Under the pieces are notes generated by a model. That model searched no databases. It saw only the letters and a program-made list of their open reading frames with translations, and was not told the DNA's origin. A stretch of DNA of 64,000 nucleotides from Octopus bimaculoides (taxonomy: Eukaryota), in the NCBI RefSeq assembly GCF_001194135.2, contig NC_068985.1:1044151-1108150 (forward strand), read 5' to 3'. This document shows positions 24,425 through 36,834 of this stretch, piece by piece (within the stretch, counting starts at the first letter, position 1; every line of letters starts with the position of its first letter). Both the position numbers and the translations under genes were made by a program.

Positions 24425-24705
24425 TACTGGCACTTGATTGGTTATGATGACAAAAGTTCCAGTTGATCTGATCCACGGAATGGTTTGCACATGAAATTAA
24501 CATCCAGGTGCACCCTTAATGCAGTTCTCAGGAAGACTCAGCACAACACAGAAAAGGGCCATTTGAATTACAGGTACAATTCAGTTGATTGAAAGAATGT
24601 GAAATAAAGCATCTTGCTCAAGGATACAGCATGCTGCCAGGAATTGAACTCACAGCCTTACAATTGTGAGCCAAACACCCTCACCACTAAATTATGTGCC
24701 TTTAC
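24425..24705 (-). mobile_element. SINE family C
   Basis: Similar to 7570-7899 and 33240-33570. Confidence 0.85.
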
Positions 24706-24989
24706 AATCTCCAACACACCAAGTTTCTCTGCCACTCTATGAAAACCCATCTTCAAACATCAAAACACATATAAAACTCTAGCTATTTCTTCAACAGCAG
24801 CTCAAAAAACATGACAGCATCAACTCAGTTGAGGCAAACAAGAATAATAATTAAAAAAAAAGGACATAGAAATGGAGAAATCTGTAACAATCAACAGATC
24901 TGAATGTTTGCAATGAAATTAGAAGAACAGTGAATTTCCATGTTCTCACATAAGCCACTTAATTTGTGCTGTGGCCATCACTAGCAACT

Positions 24990-25338
24990 AGGGAGCTTTT
25001 ATCTTTTACTAGTTTCAGTCATTAGATCGTGGTCATGCTACAGCATCACCATGAAGAATTTTTAGCTAAAGGAATCAACCCAAGAACTTATTTCTTTTTT
25101 CAAATCTTGGCACTTATTCTATAGGTCTTTTTTACCTAACCACTAAATTAGATGGATGTCAAATAGTGATAGGATACAAACACTGACATGCATGTGCACA
25201 CACACATACACACACACAATAAGCTTCTTTCAAAGGCTTTGGTTGGCTGAGGCTATAGCAGAAGGTATCACATAGGAGGACTGAACTCAGAACCATGTGA
25301 TTTAGAAGCAAGCCTGGTACCACCCAGCCATGCCTGCA
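24990..25338 (-). mobile_element. SINE family B
   Basis: Head gcaggcatggctgggtgg..., internal CA array, 3' tail agtaaaagataaaag. Confidence 0.85.
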
Positions 25339-25984
25339 TATACAGATATTCATTTAATAGTGGTGAGAGAGCAGCCTTTATGACCCACCACTACACACTG
25401 GAGTGTGTAACGATGAACCGGTCATCAGCTAACAGAAACATTATATGACTGTAGAGAGAGCTGTGGGTCACACCTCATCGTTTGGCTGACTTCCTCTGCA
25501 CGATGGGATTGCTGGATCCATATTCACTGGCTCCTACTTGTGCTGAGGAAAGGCTGAAATGAAGTTACACAACAACAAGGACTATCACAGAAGTGGTTGT
25601 AGCGTTTCCAATGGGAAGCTGCATTCCAAATGGAATATGGTAACACCTTACTCTTCACAGAAGCACACACTCCTCTTGACCAGGCTCTCCTTAGAAGAGC
25701 CAAATGCCAATTCGAGACGAAGCCATTTTACTGTGTCAACTCGATTTGAACTTCATAGGGTCAGAAACAGAGATTGCAAGAGGTGCAAGCACACCCCCTA
25801 AAATTGTCTAGGGGGCAATGGAAAATGTTTTGAACTTCCTGGATTGGATGTAGGTTTACACCTGGGAAGCAAATTCTGATCTTGTATATATGTTAGACTT
25901 ATATTGAAGCAACAATTAGCAACAATTAACTGCAATAACAACAATAATAACATTGGCATCAAAACTGATCCATCTGATCAGCCA

Positions 25985-26348
25985 TGTCACCATCATTGAA
26001 CCATCACCATCACCATCACCATCACCATCACCATCGTCACCATGGTATCCTTCTGATACACTCTGAAAGGCTGGAAAGCAATGTTTTATCAGTGACCAGC
26101 AGCACAACTACTAAGTCTAGCATCACTACACCCCCCACCCACCCATTCACACTATCACCACCACCACCTCCACCATCATTACTACTACTACTACTACTAC
26201 TACCATCACCATCATCACCACTACCTTCCAAGAAACTCTATCATCATCATCATCATCGTTTTATGTCCTCCTTCCATGCTGGCATGGGTCGGATGGCTTC
26301 ACAGGAGCTAGCCCTTTGTCATCATCATCTTCTTCTTCTTCCTCTTCT

Positions 26349-26380
<32 letters not shown>

Positions 26381-26430
26381 TTCTTCTTCTTCTTCTCCTT
26401 CTTCCCCTCCTCCTCCTCCTCCTTCTTCTC
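25985..26430. repeat. Cluster of (CAT/CAC), (CTA) and (CTT) microsatellites with an RTE tail stub at 26240-26300
   Basis: Direct inspection. Confidence 0.9.
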
Positions 26431-27664
26431 ACTCTTCCCTGCTTCTCTCACTGTTCCTCTCCTACCTTTGCCCCTCCTCCCTCCACCCACCTTCATCTTT
26501 ACCCTTCCCTCTTACCCTAACCCCCCCCCACCATATTCCTCCACCACACTCAAAGTATTCATATGAATCTTAACTTCCAGATTCAATTTAATATAATATT
26601 TACGTAATATGAAATACAAAGGACCCTGTTGCCCCTTCCCTTTCTATCCCTCTTTTCTACACTTACAATTATATTTGTGTTACTTCTTTGATTTTTCAAA
26701 TCTAATTATATATCAAATATAATGAACACAAAACACGTATATTAAAAGGACCACACAAGCATTTCTGCTTAGCTTCTTCTTCTTCTTCTTCTTCTTCTTC
26801 TTCTTCTTCTTCTTGAAATACACATAACATAATGCATGTGTGTGTGTGCGTATCTGTACCAGTACACTTGTGCACACGTACACAACATACATGATATATG
26901 TGTATGCATGTGTGTGCATATATAACATACATGTACTCACATGAATCCACAGACATGCATACTTATATGTGTGTATGTGTCTGCAGTGTGTGTGTGTGTG
27001 TGTAAATGTTGTTGCTGTTGTACTTATTAATATTGTTGTTACTCTTTAGTTGTTGTTAGTGAGATAAGGGTGAAAATCTATATTCTTCTCTATCCTCAAA
27101 ACTGTATTTAAATTAAAATCTGACAATTGCTATTGGTAATACTGCTATGTTTGCAATTTCATTAATCGGAGCATTCACAGTTGTAGAATCCGATTTCTGT
27201 TTCCATTTTACAATAAAGAATCAAACTGATATTGGAGGCAAAGATTTATATTATTTACATAATTCTTATTCTTCAGTTTTTGTGCAATTGGCTGTGAAAA
27301 ATTAGTTCCAAGAAAGAAAAACAATATATAAATGGAGAAGATTGATTTTCTTTCTGTTGAGTGGGTTTTATAAAGTAAATTTTTCCTTTTCTTTACTTTA
27401 GCCCTTCTCTTTAATTTGTTTGTTTTGTTAATAGATATTTTAAATATTTCAGAATTTATAGAATTATCACACTCATGTAGAGTTAAGCAAGTAGATATGG
27501 TACTTTAAGTTCAAACTAAAGCTTCCTCACATTATACACATCGTATTATTTCTAGCAACCTGATTAAATGTAGATGACTTTCTATATTTAAGAGGTGAGG
27601 AATTATGTACATTATTTACATTATTTACATTTGACGGATATTTGTCCTCATCTTGTTTGTTGTT

Positions 27665-27710
27665 AACACAACATTTCGGCTGATATACCATCCAGCCTTC
27701 ATCAGGTGTC
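27665..27710 (-). ncRNA. Hammerhead ribozyme motif (Penelope-type, CUGAUGA-A variant), one core substitution
   Basis: GACAC-CUGAUGA-A-GGCUG(loop)CAGCC-GAAAU-GUU-GUGUU; GAAAC changed to GAAAU, consistent with CpG decay. Confidence 0.65.
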
Positions 27711-27850
27711 TTGGGAAAATTTCGAACCTGGGTTCTCATTCCTAAGTTATTTTTCAATGTTGTTGTTGNNNNNNNNNNTTCAATGTTGTTGTTGTTGTTG
27801 TTATTATTATTATTGTTATTATTATTATTATTCTTCAGGACACTGCCCGT

Positions 27851-27923
27851 GGGCATATGGCGTAGTGGTTAAGAGCGTGGGCTACTAACCCGAAGATTCC
27901 AAGCTCGATTCCAGGCAGTGACC
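27851..27923 (+). other. tRNA-like Pol III head (pseudo-tRNA, anticodon position ACT)
   Basis: 73 nt; A-box TGGCGTAGTGG, loop CT-ACT-AA with GGG/CCC stem, B-box GCTCGATTC (GTTCGA variant). Acceptor and T stems are mismatched. Confidence 0.75.
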
Positions 27924-28000
27924 TGAATAATAATAATAATAATAATAATAACAACGAAAATTACCTTAGGAGTGAGAACCCAGGTTTGAAATTTCCCCAA

Positions 28001-28046
28001 GACACCTGATGAAGGCTGGAGAGTATATCAGGCGAAACATTGTGTT
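28001..28046 (+). ncRNA. Hammerhead ribozyme motif (Penelope-type), degenerate
   Basis: GACAC-CUGAUGA-A-GGCUG(loop)CAGGC-GAAAC-AUU-GUGUU; a stem II mismatch and GUU changed to AUU. Confidence 0.6.
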
Positions 28047-28217
28047 AAAATGAAACAAGATGAGGAGAAATGTCTGTCAAATGTAAATAATGTCAATTAC
28101 TTTGTTAGCCTATTCCAATGGAATAGTTACCAGATGTGTGAAAATGCTATGATGGTACCCTAATGTCTGGTACCATAGATGGAAGTAGCAAGTCTGTTGG
28201 AAATATGATGATAACTT

Positions 28218-28420
28218 AAGGTAGCAACCTGGCAGAATTGTTAGCATGCAGGAGAAAATGCTTAGCAGTGCTCTGTGTGTTCTGAGTTCAAATGCTGCCA
28301 AGATTGACTTTACCAGGCAATCCTTTTGGGTCGATTAAATAAGTACCATCTGAACAGCAGGATCAGTGTAACTGAATTACGCAACTTCTCTGAAATTGCT
28401 GGCATTGTGCCAAACTTTGA
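28218..28420 (+). mobile_element. SINE family A
   Basis: aacctggcagaattgttagc...ctgagttcaaatgc...gggtcgattaaataagtacc...ggcattgtgcc. Confidence 0.85.
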
Positions 28421-29009
28421 AAGTCATATTATGATGATAGCCTTACCTTATCCAGGGGCAAAATTCCTCTCTGATCTTCTTAATCCTTTAAAACTGGAGT
28501 CGAGGCTTAGGTTTATCTGTGCCTGACTTCTAAGCAGAATATTTACTTTAATCAAATCAGATTGACTTAGACTGTTGAGGCAGACATGGTGAATTTTCAG
28601 TTGAAATAACTGTTGATTGATGTCTATGAGGGGATGGGGAACCCCTTGAATGGGAAATAATTTTAGAGATCAACATTTTAAGTGGTGGGGTGGAATATGG
28701 AATAAGATATTTAGAGCACGATCCAAGGATGAGGGAAGAAAAGAAGAGCTGAATAAAGAAGTAATGTATGTCGTTTGTTACTTAAGGCAAGCAAAGGCTG
28801 CCATGGTGGTGGTAGTAGTAGTAGCAGCAGCAGACATGGTGGTGGTAGTAGTAGTAGCAGCAGCAGACATGGTGGNNNNNNNNNNTGGTGGTAGTAGTAG
28901 TAGCAGCAGCAGACATGGTGGTGGTAGTAGTAGTAGCAGCAGCAGACATGGTGGTGGTGGTGGTGGTGATATTACAATTAGCAAGCTTCTGAGTTTGTTT
29001 ATATTGCTA

Positions 29010-29210
29010 TGATTCTGTTCCAGGTCAGCTCTGATTCAGCAGATCTATGATGAAAGGCATTCCAGATAAGACCATCCCATCTTTTTCCCAGCACAATATT
29101 CTCACGACCACATTATCCAATATACTATTCTTTCCAAGCTTCCAGGGCATGGTTTGAGGGAAATTTAGTTCTTATTTCCTACGTGTTGAGTGACTGCATA
29201 GAAAGCACAT
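29010..29210 (+). repeat. Unclassified dispersed repeat (family E), representative copy
   Basis: ccaggtcagctctgatt...atgatgaaaggcattccag...ggtttgagggaaatttagttcttatttc. Related pieces at ~8900, 9125, 14870, 16840, 19170, 33605(-), 42435, 55225(-) and 55655. Confidence 0.65.
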
Positions 29211-29234
29211 TGTTGACTCGTCTTTCTTTTATTT

Positions 29235-29990
29235 GCTGGCTCTGGATGAAAGGGTTTCTGTTACGAATAATGACATAATCCAGCAAGTGCCAAACTTTAG
29301 ACCTTGGGTACATCCACGTTGTGGTGTGATCACTTCTGTACGTAAAACGAGTGCTTCCGATGTAGAATCCATGTTCACCGTAATGCTTCAGCAGCATGGA
29401 GACCATTGCTATTCATCTTCCCTATACCAAAACGTCCAAGACAGTTCCACATCTGCCAATCTGTTCCAACCCTGGCATTGAAATCCCTCAGAACAATGAC
29501 TTTATCAGAATTGGGGATTTTCCCAAGTATGGCTCTCAGCTGAGTACAGAAAATAGTTTTATCTTCATCACAACTGGTCATAGTAGGTGCATAGGCACTT
29601 ATTAAAGTAGCAAACCACCCACCTCTCTGGTGCAAACGTAAAGTCACTAGACAATCATTTATAGGAACAAGAAGCTCTTCCAACTTCTTAGGGATTTCAG
29701 ATCGAACTGCAAAGCCAACACCAGCCTCTCTGCTCCCTTCCTTCGGTTTCCCCTTCCCCCCAAAAAAGGTGTATCCACCTTCTACATCCTGAAGCTGACC
29801 ATCACCTTCTAATATGAGTCTCTGAAATTACAGTTATACCAGTGTTATATTGGTTCAGCAGAGTATCTTTCAAGCCTACAGTCACTCCTGTTATCCAACC
29901 GAGTGTGCACATTCCAACATGAAATATTCAAGTTCCAACCAGATTTTATAAGAATTCTCTTTGCTTTTCAAGTGCAGGATGGACATCCGT
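29235..29990 (-). mobile_element. RTE-BovB-type LINE, APE endonuclease fragment
   Basis: LNISCWNVHT, REAGVGFAVRS, ATLISAYAPTM, VIVLRDFNARVG, TTWMYPRSKVWHLLDYVI. Confidence 0.93.
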
Positions 29991-30883
29991 CAATTGCACT
30001 AAACTGACCATATAGAGAAAGACAGGCAAATTTTGGTTCACTTTTTCTAGAACCTCCCCAGACTCCAGGTGAGCAGTGCCCTCTCCAAATGGAGCTGTTC
30101 AGACACCTATGCAGCAATTGAATCCCATTTCTGTCTTGGGCAACAAAGAGACAACTTTATATCTAACATGGCCCACCTATGTACAGATCACTGACTACAT
30201 GTTTCTAACCCCTCAGGTCTGCATGCTTCACCACCTTCCCATCACTGCAGGACTTCCAAATAAAAATACATATAAATGTATATTTAAAAAAACTCATAAT
30301 GGCACCAGACATCTTGCCTCGGCTTGTCTCTGGATAATGTCAATAGAATAGAGACGTACATACACACATTAAGTCAACATTTGTGCAAAAGACATTAGCA
30401 ATTTATATATAGAGGTCACCAAAAGTGATCATTAGATATTATGAGACAGCATTAGTAACCTCTCTGATTGTTTTAAATGTCGTTTGTTTTCCTTATACGT
30501 TACTGTAATTATAAGGTTTTTTTAAAGAGATTTGATTGAGGTAACCAGACCTTGTATACATTTTAGCAATTGTTTTTGTGTCCAGCATATGTTTATTATT
30601 AAAATCATTAATACTACTCCATAACTAAAATGTTTTGATTTGTACATGCCATTCTTTGCACAGCAGGGATTCCTTACTTTCCTTCTAAGCTCTTTGGCTG
30701 TGAACAGCTCACTTAGGTCAAAAAAAGAAAAAAATGCAGGAGATAAGGTAATCTCAAAACTGAAGTCACAGCGAATGAGGGGCACCAATTGTCTCAACCA
30801 ACCCACAGTGCACTGCGGTGATACACTGTAAATTTTACAAATACTTTACCATCATTTATTTTCTGGTTTGCTTATGTTTGTTA

Positions 30884-30928
<45 letters not shown>

Positions 30929-31631
30929 GTTATTATTATTGAATGTAATTTTGCCTTTTTTAAATAATGTATAGAGTAATCACGAGTGATGTATAATCTC
31001 CTTTGAATGCTATCTTTTATCATTTCTGTTACCACTCCAGCCTGGATGTGACATTATAGTCAGCTTAGATAGTGACAAAACTTATGCCAGAGAAACACCA
31101 TTAATTTACAAGTAAACTTCAAAGAATCACTAACAAATAAGAGTGTGACAATTAACTTTGATTTACTGACACCATTTATATTTGACATTTAAGATTAGTA
31201 TATTCTGTTTCTTCAACATAATCAGGTTAAAACCTAACAATTTACAAGGACTCTATCTCACCCGCTTGGCTTTTGTCTTTTTTCTTTTTGTTTATCAGAA
31301 AGTTTAGTTTGTTATCAGTGATATTGATGAATGGCAATAGCAACAACAACAACAACAATAGCAGTAACAATAACAACAACAGCTATAACAATTGTGTCAA
31401 CAGCAAAGGAAATAGTGATTGGAACTAGTAATGGTAGTCACAAGAATAGCATGAAAAGCAGTCACAAAAGCAATGCCTCCAAAACAACAACAAAACAAAA
31501 CAAAACAAAAAAACAAAACAACAAAGTCAATAAAAACTGCAACAGAAGAATTGCACAATCTCGAAAGAGTAAGCTTTTACATGGTCATTGAATCTGTTAG
31601 AAATAACTGCAAAGTTTTCCTCAACCCATAC

Positions 31632-31750
31632 CTTAAAATTTCAAAAAATTTGTAAGTATGTTTCGGATGAGGTAATTTTAGACAGGACAGCACAAAGAAG
31701 CAACAGAATGGAATGGCATGAATGTATAATTTTGAGGAAGACTGGTTCTT
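31632..31750 (-). other. Candidate internal exon (119 nt)
   Basis: Strong acceptor ttgcttcttcgcctcttgcag|, donor AAG|GTATGG, one open frame KNQSSSKLYIHAIPFCCFFVLSCLKLPHPKHTYKFFEILR. Confidence 0.28.
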
Positions 31751-31899
31751 CTGCAAGAGGCGAAGAAGCAACGTTTTGTTAAAGAATTTAATTCTTTATG
31801 AACCATTCTAGTTCTTTAATTCTGTTATATTTCATCGAAGCACATCAAATATACAACATGCACATGTACATAACTCAAACATAAATCATAGTGCAGGCC

Positions 31900-32067
31900 T
31901 GGCTGTGTGGTATGAAGTCTGGTTCTTCCTAATCACATAGTTCCAGGTTCACTCCCACTATATGTCACCTTGTGTTAGTGTCTTTCACCATAGCCCTGGG
32001 TTGAACAAAACTTTGCGAATGGATTTGGTAAATGGAAACTGAAAGAAGCCTGTTGTGTGTGTTTATA

Positions 32068-32113
<46 letters not shown>

Positions 32114-32693
32114 NNNNNNNNNNNNNNNNNNNNNNNNNNNNNNNNNNNNNNNNNNNNNNNNNNNNNNNNNNNNNNNNNNNNNNNNNNNNNNNNNNNNNNN
32201 NNNNNNNNNNNNNNNNNNNNNNNNNNNNNNNNNNNNNNNNNNNNNNNNNNNNNNNNNNNNNNNNNNNNNNNNNNNNNNNNNNNNNNNNNNNNNNNNNNNN
32301 NNNNNNNNNNNNNNNNNNNNNNNNNNNNNNNNNNNNNNNNNNNNNNNNNNNNNNNNNNNNNNNNNNNNNNNNNNNNNNNNNNNNNNNNNNNNNNNNNNNN
32401 NNNNNNNNNNNNNNNNNNNNNNNNNNNNNNNNNNNNNNNNNNNNNNNNNNNNNNNNNNNNNNNNNNNNNNNNNNNNNNNNNNNNNNNNNNNNNNNNNNNN
32501 NNNNNNNNNNNNNNNNNNNNNNNNNNNNNNNNNNNNNNNNNNNNNNNNNNNNNNNNNNNNNNNNNNNNNNNNNNNNNNNNNNNNNNNNNNNNNNNNNNNN
32601 NNNNNNNNNNNNNNNNNNNNNNNNNNNNNNNNNNNNNNNNNNNNNNNNNNNNNNNNNNNNNNNNNNNNNNNNNNNNNNNNNNNNNNNNNNNNN

Positions 32694-32742
<49 letters not shown>

Positions 32743-32895
32743 TAGATATATACACACACACACACATATACACACACATACACATACACAAACACACACA
32801 CACACGTGTATGTGCCTTTGTATCTATGTTTATCCACCACCACTGCAGCTGGTTTGTTTACATCCCTGTATCTTAGCAACATGGCTGCAGTCTAA
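31900..32895 (+). mobile_element. SINE family B whose internal (TA)n spans an assembly gap
   Basis: 5' half at 31900-32060 and 3' remnant at 32810-32895 on either side of the TA array and N run. Confidence 0.8.
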
Positions 32896-33239
32896 TTACT
32901 GAAATGAATAAAAGATGGAAATAAGATGCGTGTTCCCCCGTTTTAAATGTGATCCACATTTCACCTGTGCCCTGAACTCATAACTCTGCTGATAGATTTA
33001 TATGGATCTCAATGACTAGATGCCCTGTTTGTGTCATTGAACAAGAAACTGGATTGAGTTTGCCCAAAAACTAAGCCAAATATTACATCGTCCACCTACA
33101 AGCTTTTGTTTTTGTTTTGGTTTTTGTTTGTACATTCTTACTCCCAGCAATCTTTGGTTAAGTTTAATCAATTGAAACTAGGAAACATGCTGTTGAAGCT
33201 TGTGTCTTGGAGTCTGCTATAGAATGTATACATTAAGTT

Positions 33240-33570
33240 ATGAAGGCTTGTGCTTAAGGGGTCAGAGTTTTTGGTTCATGATTGTAAGGTCATGAATTTG
33301 GTTCTTGGCAGCGTGTTGTGTCCTTCAGCAAGACACTTCATTTCACATTGCTCCAGTCTACTCAGCTGGCAAAAATGAGTTGTACCAGTAATTCAAAGGG
33401 CCAGCCTTGTCACATTCTGAGTCATACTGAATCTTCCTTGGAACTATGTTAAGGGTACATGTATCTGTGGAGTACTCAGCCACTTGCATGTTAATTTCAC
33501 AAACAGGCTTGTTCCATTGATTCAATCAACTGAAACACTTGCCATCATAACTGATGTAATGTCAGTTATA
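33240..33570 (+). mobile_element. SINE family C
   Basis: gtgttgtgtccttcagcaagacacttcatttcacattgctccagtctactcagctggcaaaaatgagttg...caactgaaacacttgccatcataactgatg. Confidence 0.88.
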
Positions 33571-35144
33571 AATTGTGTAACAGACTCAAAGATGCACTAA
33601 ATAAAATATAGACTGGATGGTCATGGCTAGCATGCTTTTAAAGTCATCTTGATTAAGATTGATCTTAGTTGTTAACAAGAAACTATGAAAGTTATTTGAA
33701 GTATTTTATTAGATTCTGGTTGTTGTTGTTGTTGTTGTTGTTGTTTTTAAAGCTGTTCTATAAAAATCTCTTTTTTAACGAATATATTTTTTATTTGTAA
33801 TGACAACATAAAAGCTGATGTGATTCAATCCAAAGGGTTCTTCTTTCTTTTCTTCTCAGCCACAAATTATTATTTGTCTCTGTTAATGGCATTAAAGCAA
33901 AAAATACATAGTTTCACAATGGGTTGCGAAAATTATTTGAAGCACAGTTAATTTACTGAAAAAGTAGAAATATAATCAAAATAATATTATTGAATTAATA
34001 ACAAAAAGGAAAACTAATTATAAGTAAAACCATCAATTGAAGAAATACAACAATTTGTTGAATTCATTCTGTTGATATAATAGGAAATTCATGGATACAG
34101 AAGTTGTTTGTGACAAATGCACCAAATGATCAAGACACCATAGCAGTTAGTGGTAAATCATATCACAGAGTGATACAGTGCAATGCAGTAAACAGCAGCA
34201 GCAGCAGCAGCAGCAGAATAACTGACTGGAATATTCCATTAGCCTTCACTTCTGTCCTTCTGTCCTTCAATGTGCTTCAATCGGGAAAGAAATACTCATT
34301 CCACAACACTGTTTCAGCCAATTCTATGACCAATAAATTAAACAAAAACAAACTTGATACAAATGAACTGGATGTTATAAATTGACAGTGAGATGAACTT
34401 GGTGCTGTTATATATTCTATTATTACATTTTCTTTTATTCTTACTAGAGTTATTCAAAAGCATTCCCCCAGCCTATAAAATAACAACTCTCAAATGAAGG
34501 GCAATATATTAAACCATTAATTCCTTCAGTCCTTATGGCCAAACGACTCAATGAACTTTTCTACAAACTTCCTGATTGATTAATTTTTGCCAACAGATCT
34601 AGCAGTGTAGCATGGATTTTGGCCACCCTGTGTGGTACCTAAATTTCATTCTCATCACCAGATGGACTGTCTTATTAACTGGTAGGAGCAGATTCGCATG
34701 AACAAGTAATGACTAACTAGACTTCTATCCAGGTAGCATCTGTAGAAGAAGGGATACTACAACCAACACTGCATATCTGCTATACCTGGAGAACCCCACA
34801 GAACCTCCTGCTATACCTGGAGAACCTATCTGGAGAACCACACAGCTGAGACTCCTCCACATGCATTCCAGAAGACCACTATTTATAACTCCCCACACTT
34901 CCTGTTATGAGTATGGCAAGGAAGATAACTCTTTCTCAACAAAACCTATAGTGCAGCTCTAAATATCATTCTTCCTTCCTTAAATGTAGAGTACCTCTGT
35001 CTATAGCAAACACACAGGTGACCCTCCAGAAGAGTTCACACAATCTATACACCCTACTCTATGCTATAACACAAACATCCACTATTTTCTTTGGTTTCTG
35101 TATTTTATGGGAAAAAAATTGTATTCTTATAAACACTATGAATA

Positions 35145-36375
35145 CAAGATGTCCCAAAATTAAGGCAACCAAAGTTTCAGGCTTTAATAACTATCAATGA
35201 ATGAGATAAAATATGAAAATTATACACCGTTATAAAAGCTTAGTGTGTCTTCTTTTTGTTTCAGATTAAATAAATTCAGATTTATAGATTAGATAATGGC
35301 TATAGACCAATATACAATCATAACTCTCCACATAGGAGGCAAAGGTAATACAGCTATAGCAAAAAAACTTAAAATTATGTAAATAACAGTCTGGAAAATT
35401 GTCAAGAAATTTCAAGAGACTAGTTCCACTATTGATCAACCTGGACTTGGTCAAAAAAGAAGCGTACAGACCCCTTAGCTTATCAAAAATACCAGAGAAA
35501 AGATATGGCAAAATCCTCATCATTCCATCAGAAAACTGGCTGCCACAGCAAAACTAAGCTAACCATCAATGTATCAGATGCTGAAGGAGGATCTCAGGAC
35601 CCACCCCTACAAGATGATCCACCGTCATGAGCTCATGCAAGTTTATAAGGCCATGAGACTGAAGAGAAATCGTCTTATCCTGCATCAGATTGCTGAAGGC
35701 ACGCTATCCAACCTGATGTTCACTGATGAAAAATAACTTGACCTCAAACAGACAGTAAACCATCAAAATGACCGACTTTGGAGTGTATCTGGCTCCGTCG
35801 AGGGTAGACTCGTAAATCGACATCAAAATCCACAGTCAGTTATGGTTTGAGAGGTTGTGATGCCACTGGAAGGTCATCCCTCCTTTTTGTGCCCAACGAC
35901 ACATTAGTGACATTCTGGAGGCTGAACTGCTTCCATGGGCGAATGAAAAGTTTTAAGGACTCAGTATTATCCAGAAACAACACTGGATTCAAGAAAGAAA
36001 CATTCCATCATTCATACACAATGATGTATGGCCTTCAAGAAGCCCTGAACTCAACCCGTTGGGTTTTTCTGTTTGATCCATTTTGGAGACGAGGGTCTCA
36101 AGCTCTCCTCATGCTTTGCTCGACACTCTGAAGACAAAACTGTGCTAGAAATGGGCTTTGGTTCCACAAGATCAGTTGTGTGCCACATGTGAAGCATTTA
36201 CACTTAGACTTAAGGCTGTGATTTGAAACAGAGATAGTCATATCGAATAAATGTGGTAGTGTCATAATTGTGTTTCTGTTACCATGGCATTACAACACTC
36301 AGACCTGAAATATAACAATATTTTGCTTTGGCAAAATTGAAAACAAGTTGGTTACCTTAATTTTGGGATGCCTTG
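35145..36375 (+). mobile_element. Near full-length Tc1/mariner element (maT/DD37D-like), transposase pseudogene 35296-36250
   Basis: TIRs caagatgtcccaaaattaaggcaacc / ggttaccttaattttgggatgccttg with TA at the left flank. HTH-type N-terminus, FTDEK..QTVNHQNDRLW, PQSVMV, WPSRSPELNPL; several stops and a deletion. Confidence 0.92.
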
Positions 36376-36834
36376 AATAGTTGGCTTTAAAATTAAGTTT
36401 TACCATGATCGAGAAACAAGTAAATTTGATCACAGTTAAACAAATTTAATTAGTGATATTTCCCACATTTATTCTGTGTATAATAAATGGAACAAATATT
36501 TATTCATGAGATCAGACTTTCAAATTCAGAATTTGTCAAACTTCTTTCCGGCAAACACTTTTGCCAATAACTTCCACAAGTGATTACAGTTAATATTTAA
36601 GATCATTCGAGAAAATATGGAAGTTGGCATATACTGTTGCATTGTCTCTGTCACATCATTTGTGTTTTTCTTGGAACTAATGCTACATAATGGCTATTGA
36701 TGTAGATGTAATGTTTAACTAAATATCAGTTTATATCTGTTTTATTTTAGATGGTACAAATAGAACCTGCTTGAGACAATGATTGAGATATTCTTTAGGA
36801 ATCTTTTATCTTTATACTACCTTGCATGAGTATG

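Larger units (their letters stand above)
27618..28093. mobile_element. Palindromic non-autonomous element: ~140 bp inverted arms each with a hammerhead motif, and a central tRNA-like unit
   Basis: 27618-27755 is the reverse complement of 27956-28093. Inner inverted (TTA)/(AAT) arrays and ttcaggacactgcc/ggcagtgacctgaa. Confidence 0.9.

Noticed and set aside
27851-27923. Functional tRNA-Ser(ACT) or tRNA-Asn gene
   Set aside because: Acceptor and T stems are mismatched, the B-box reads GCTCGA, and the unit is embedded in a repeat. Called tRNA-like only.
34777-34839. Twice-repeated 19-mer ctgctatacctggagaacc plus a partial third copy
   Set aside because: A simple local slippage duplication with no further structure.
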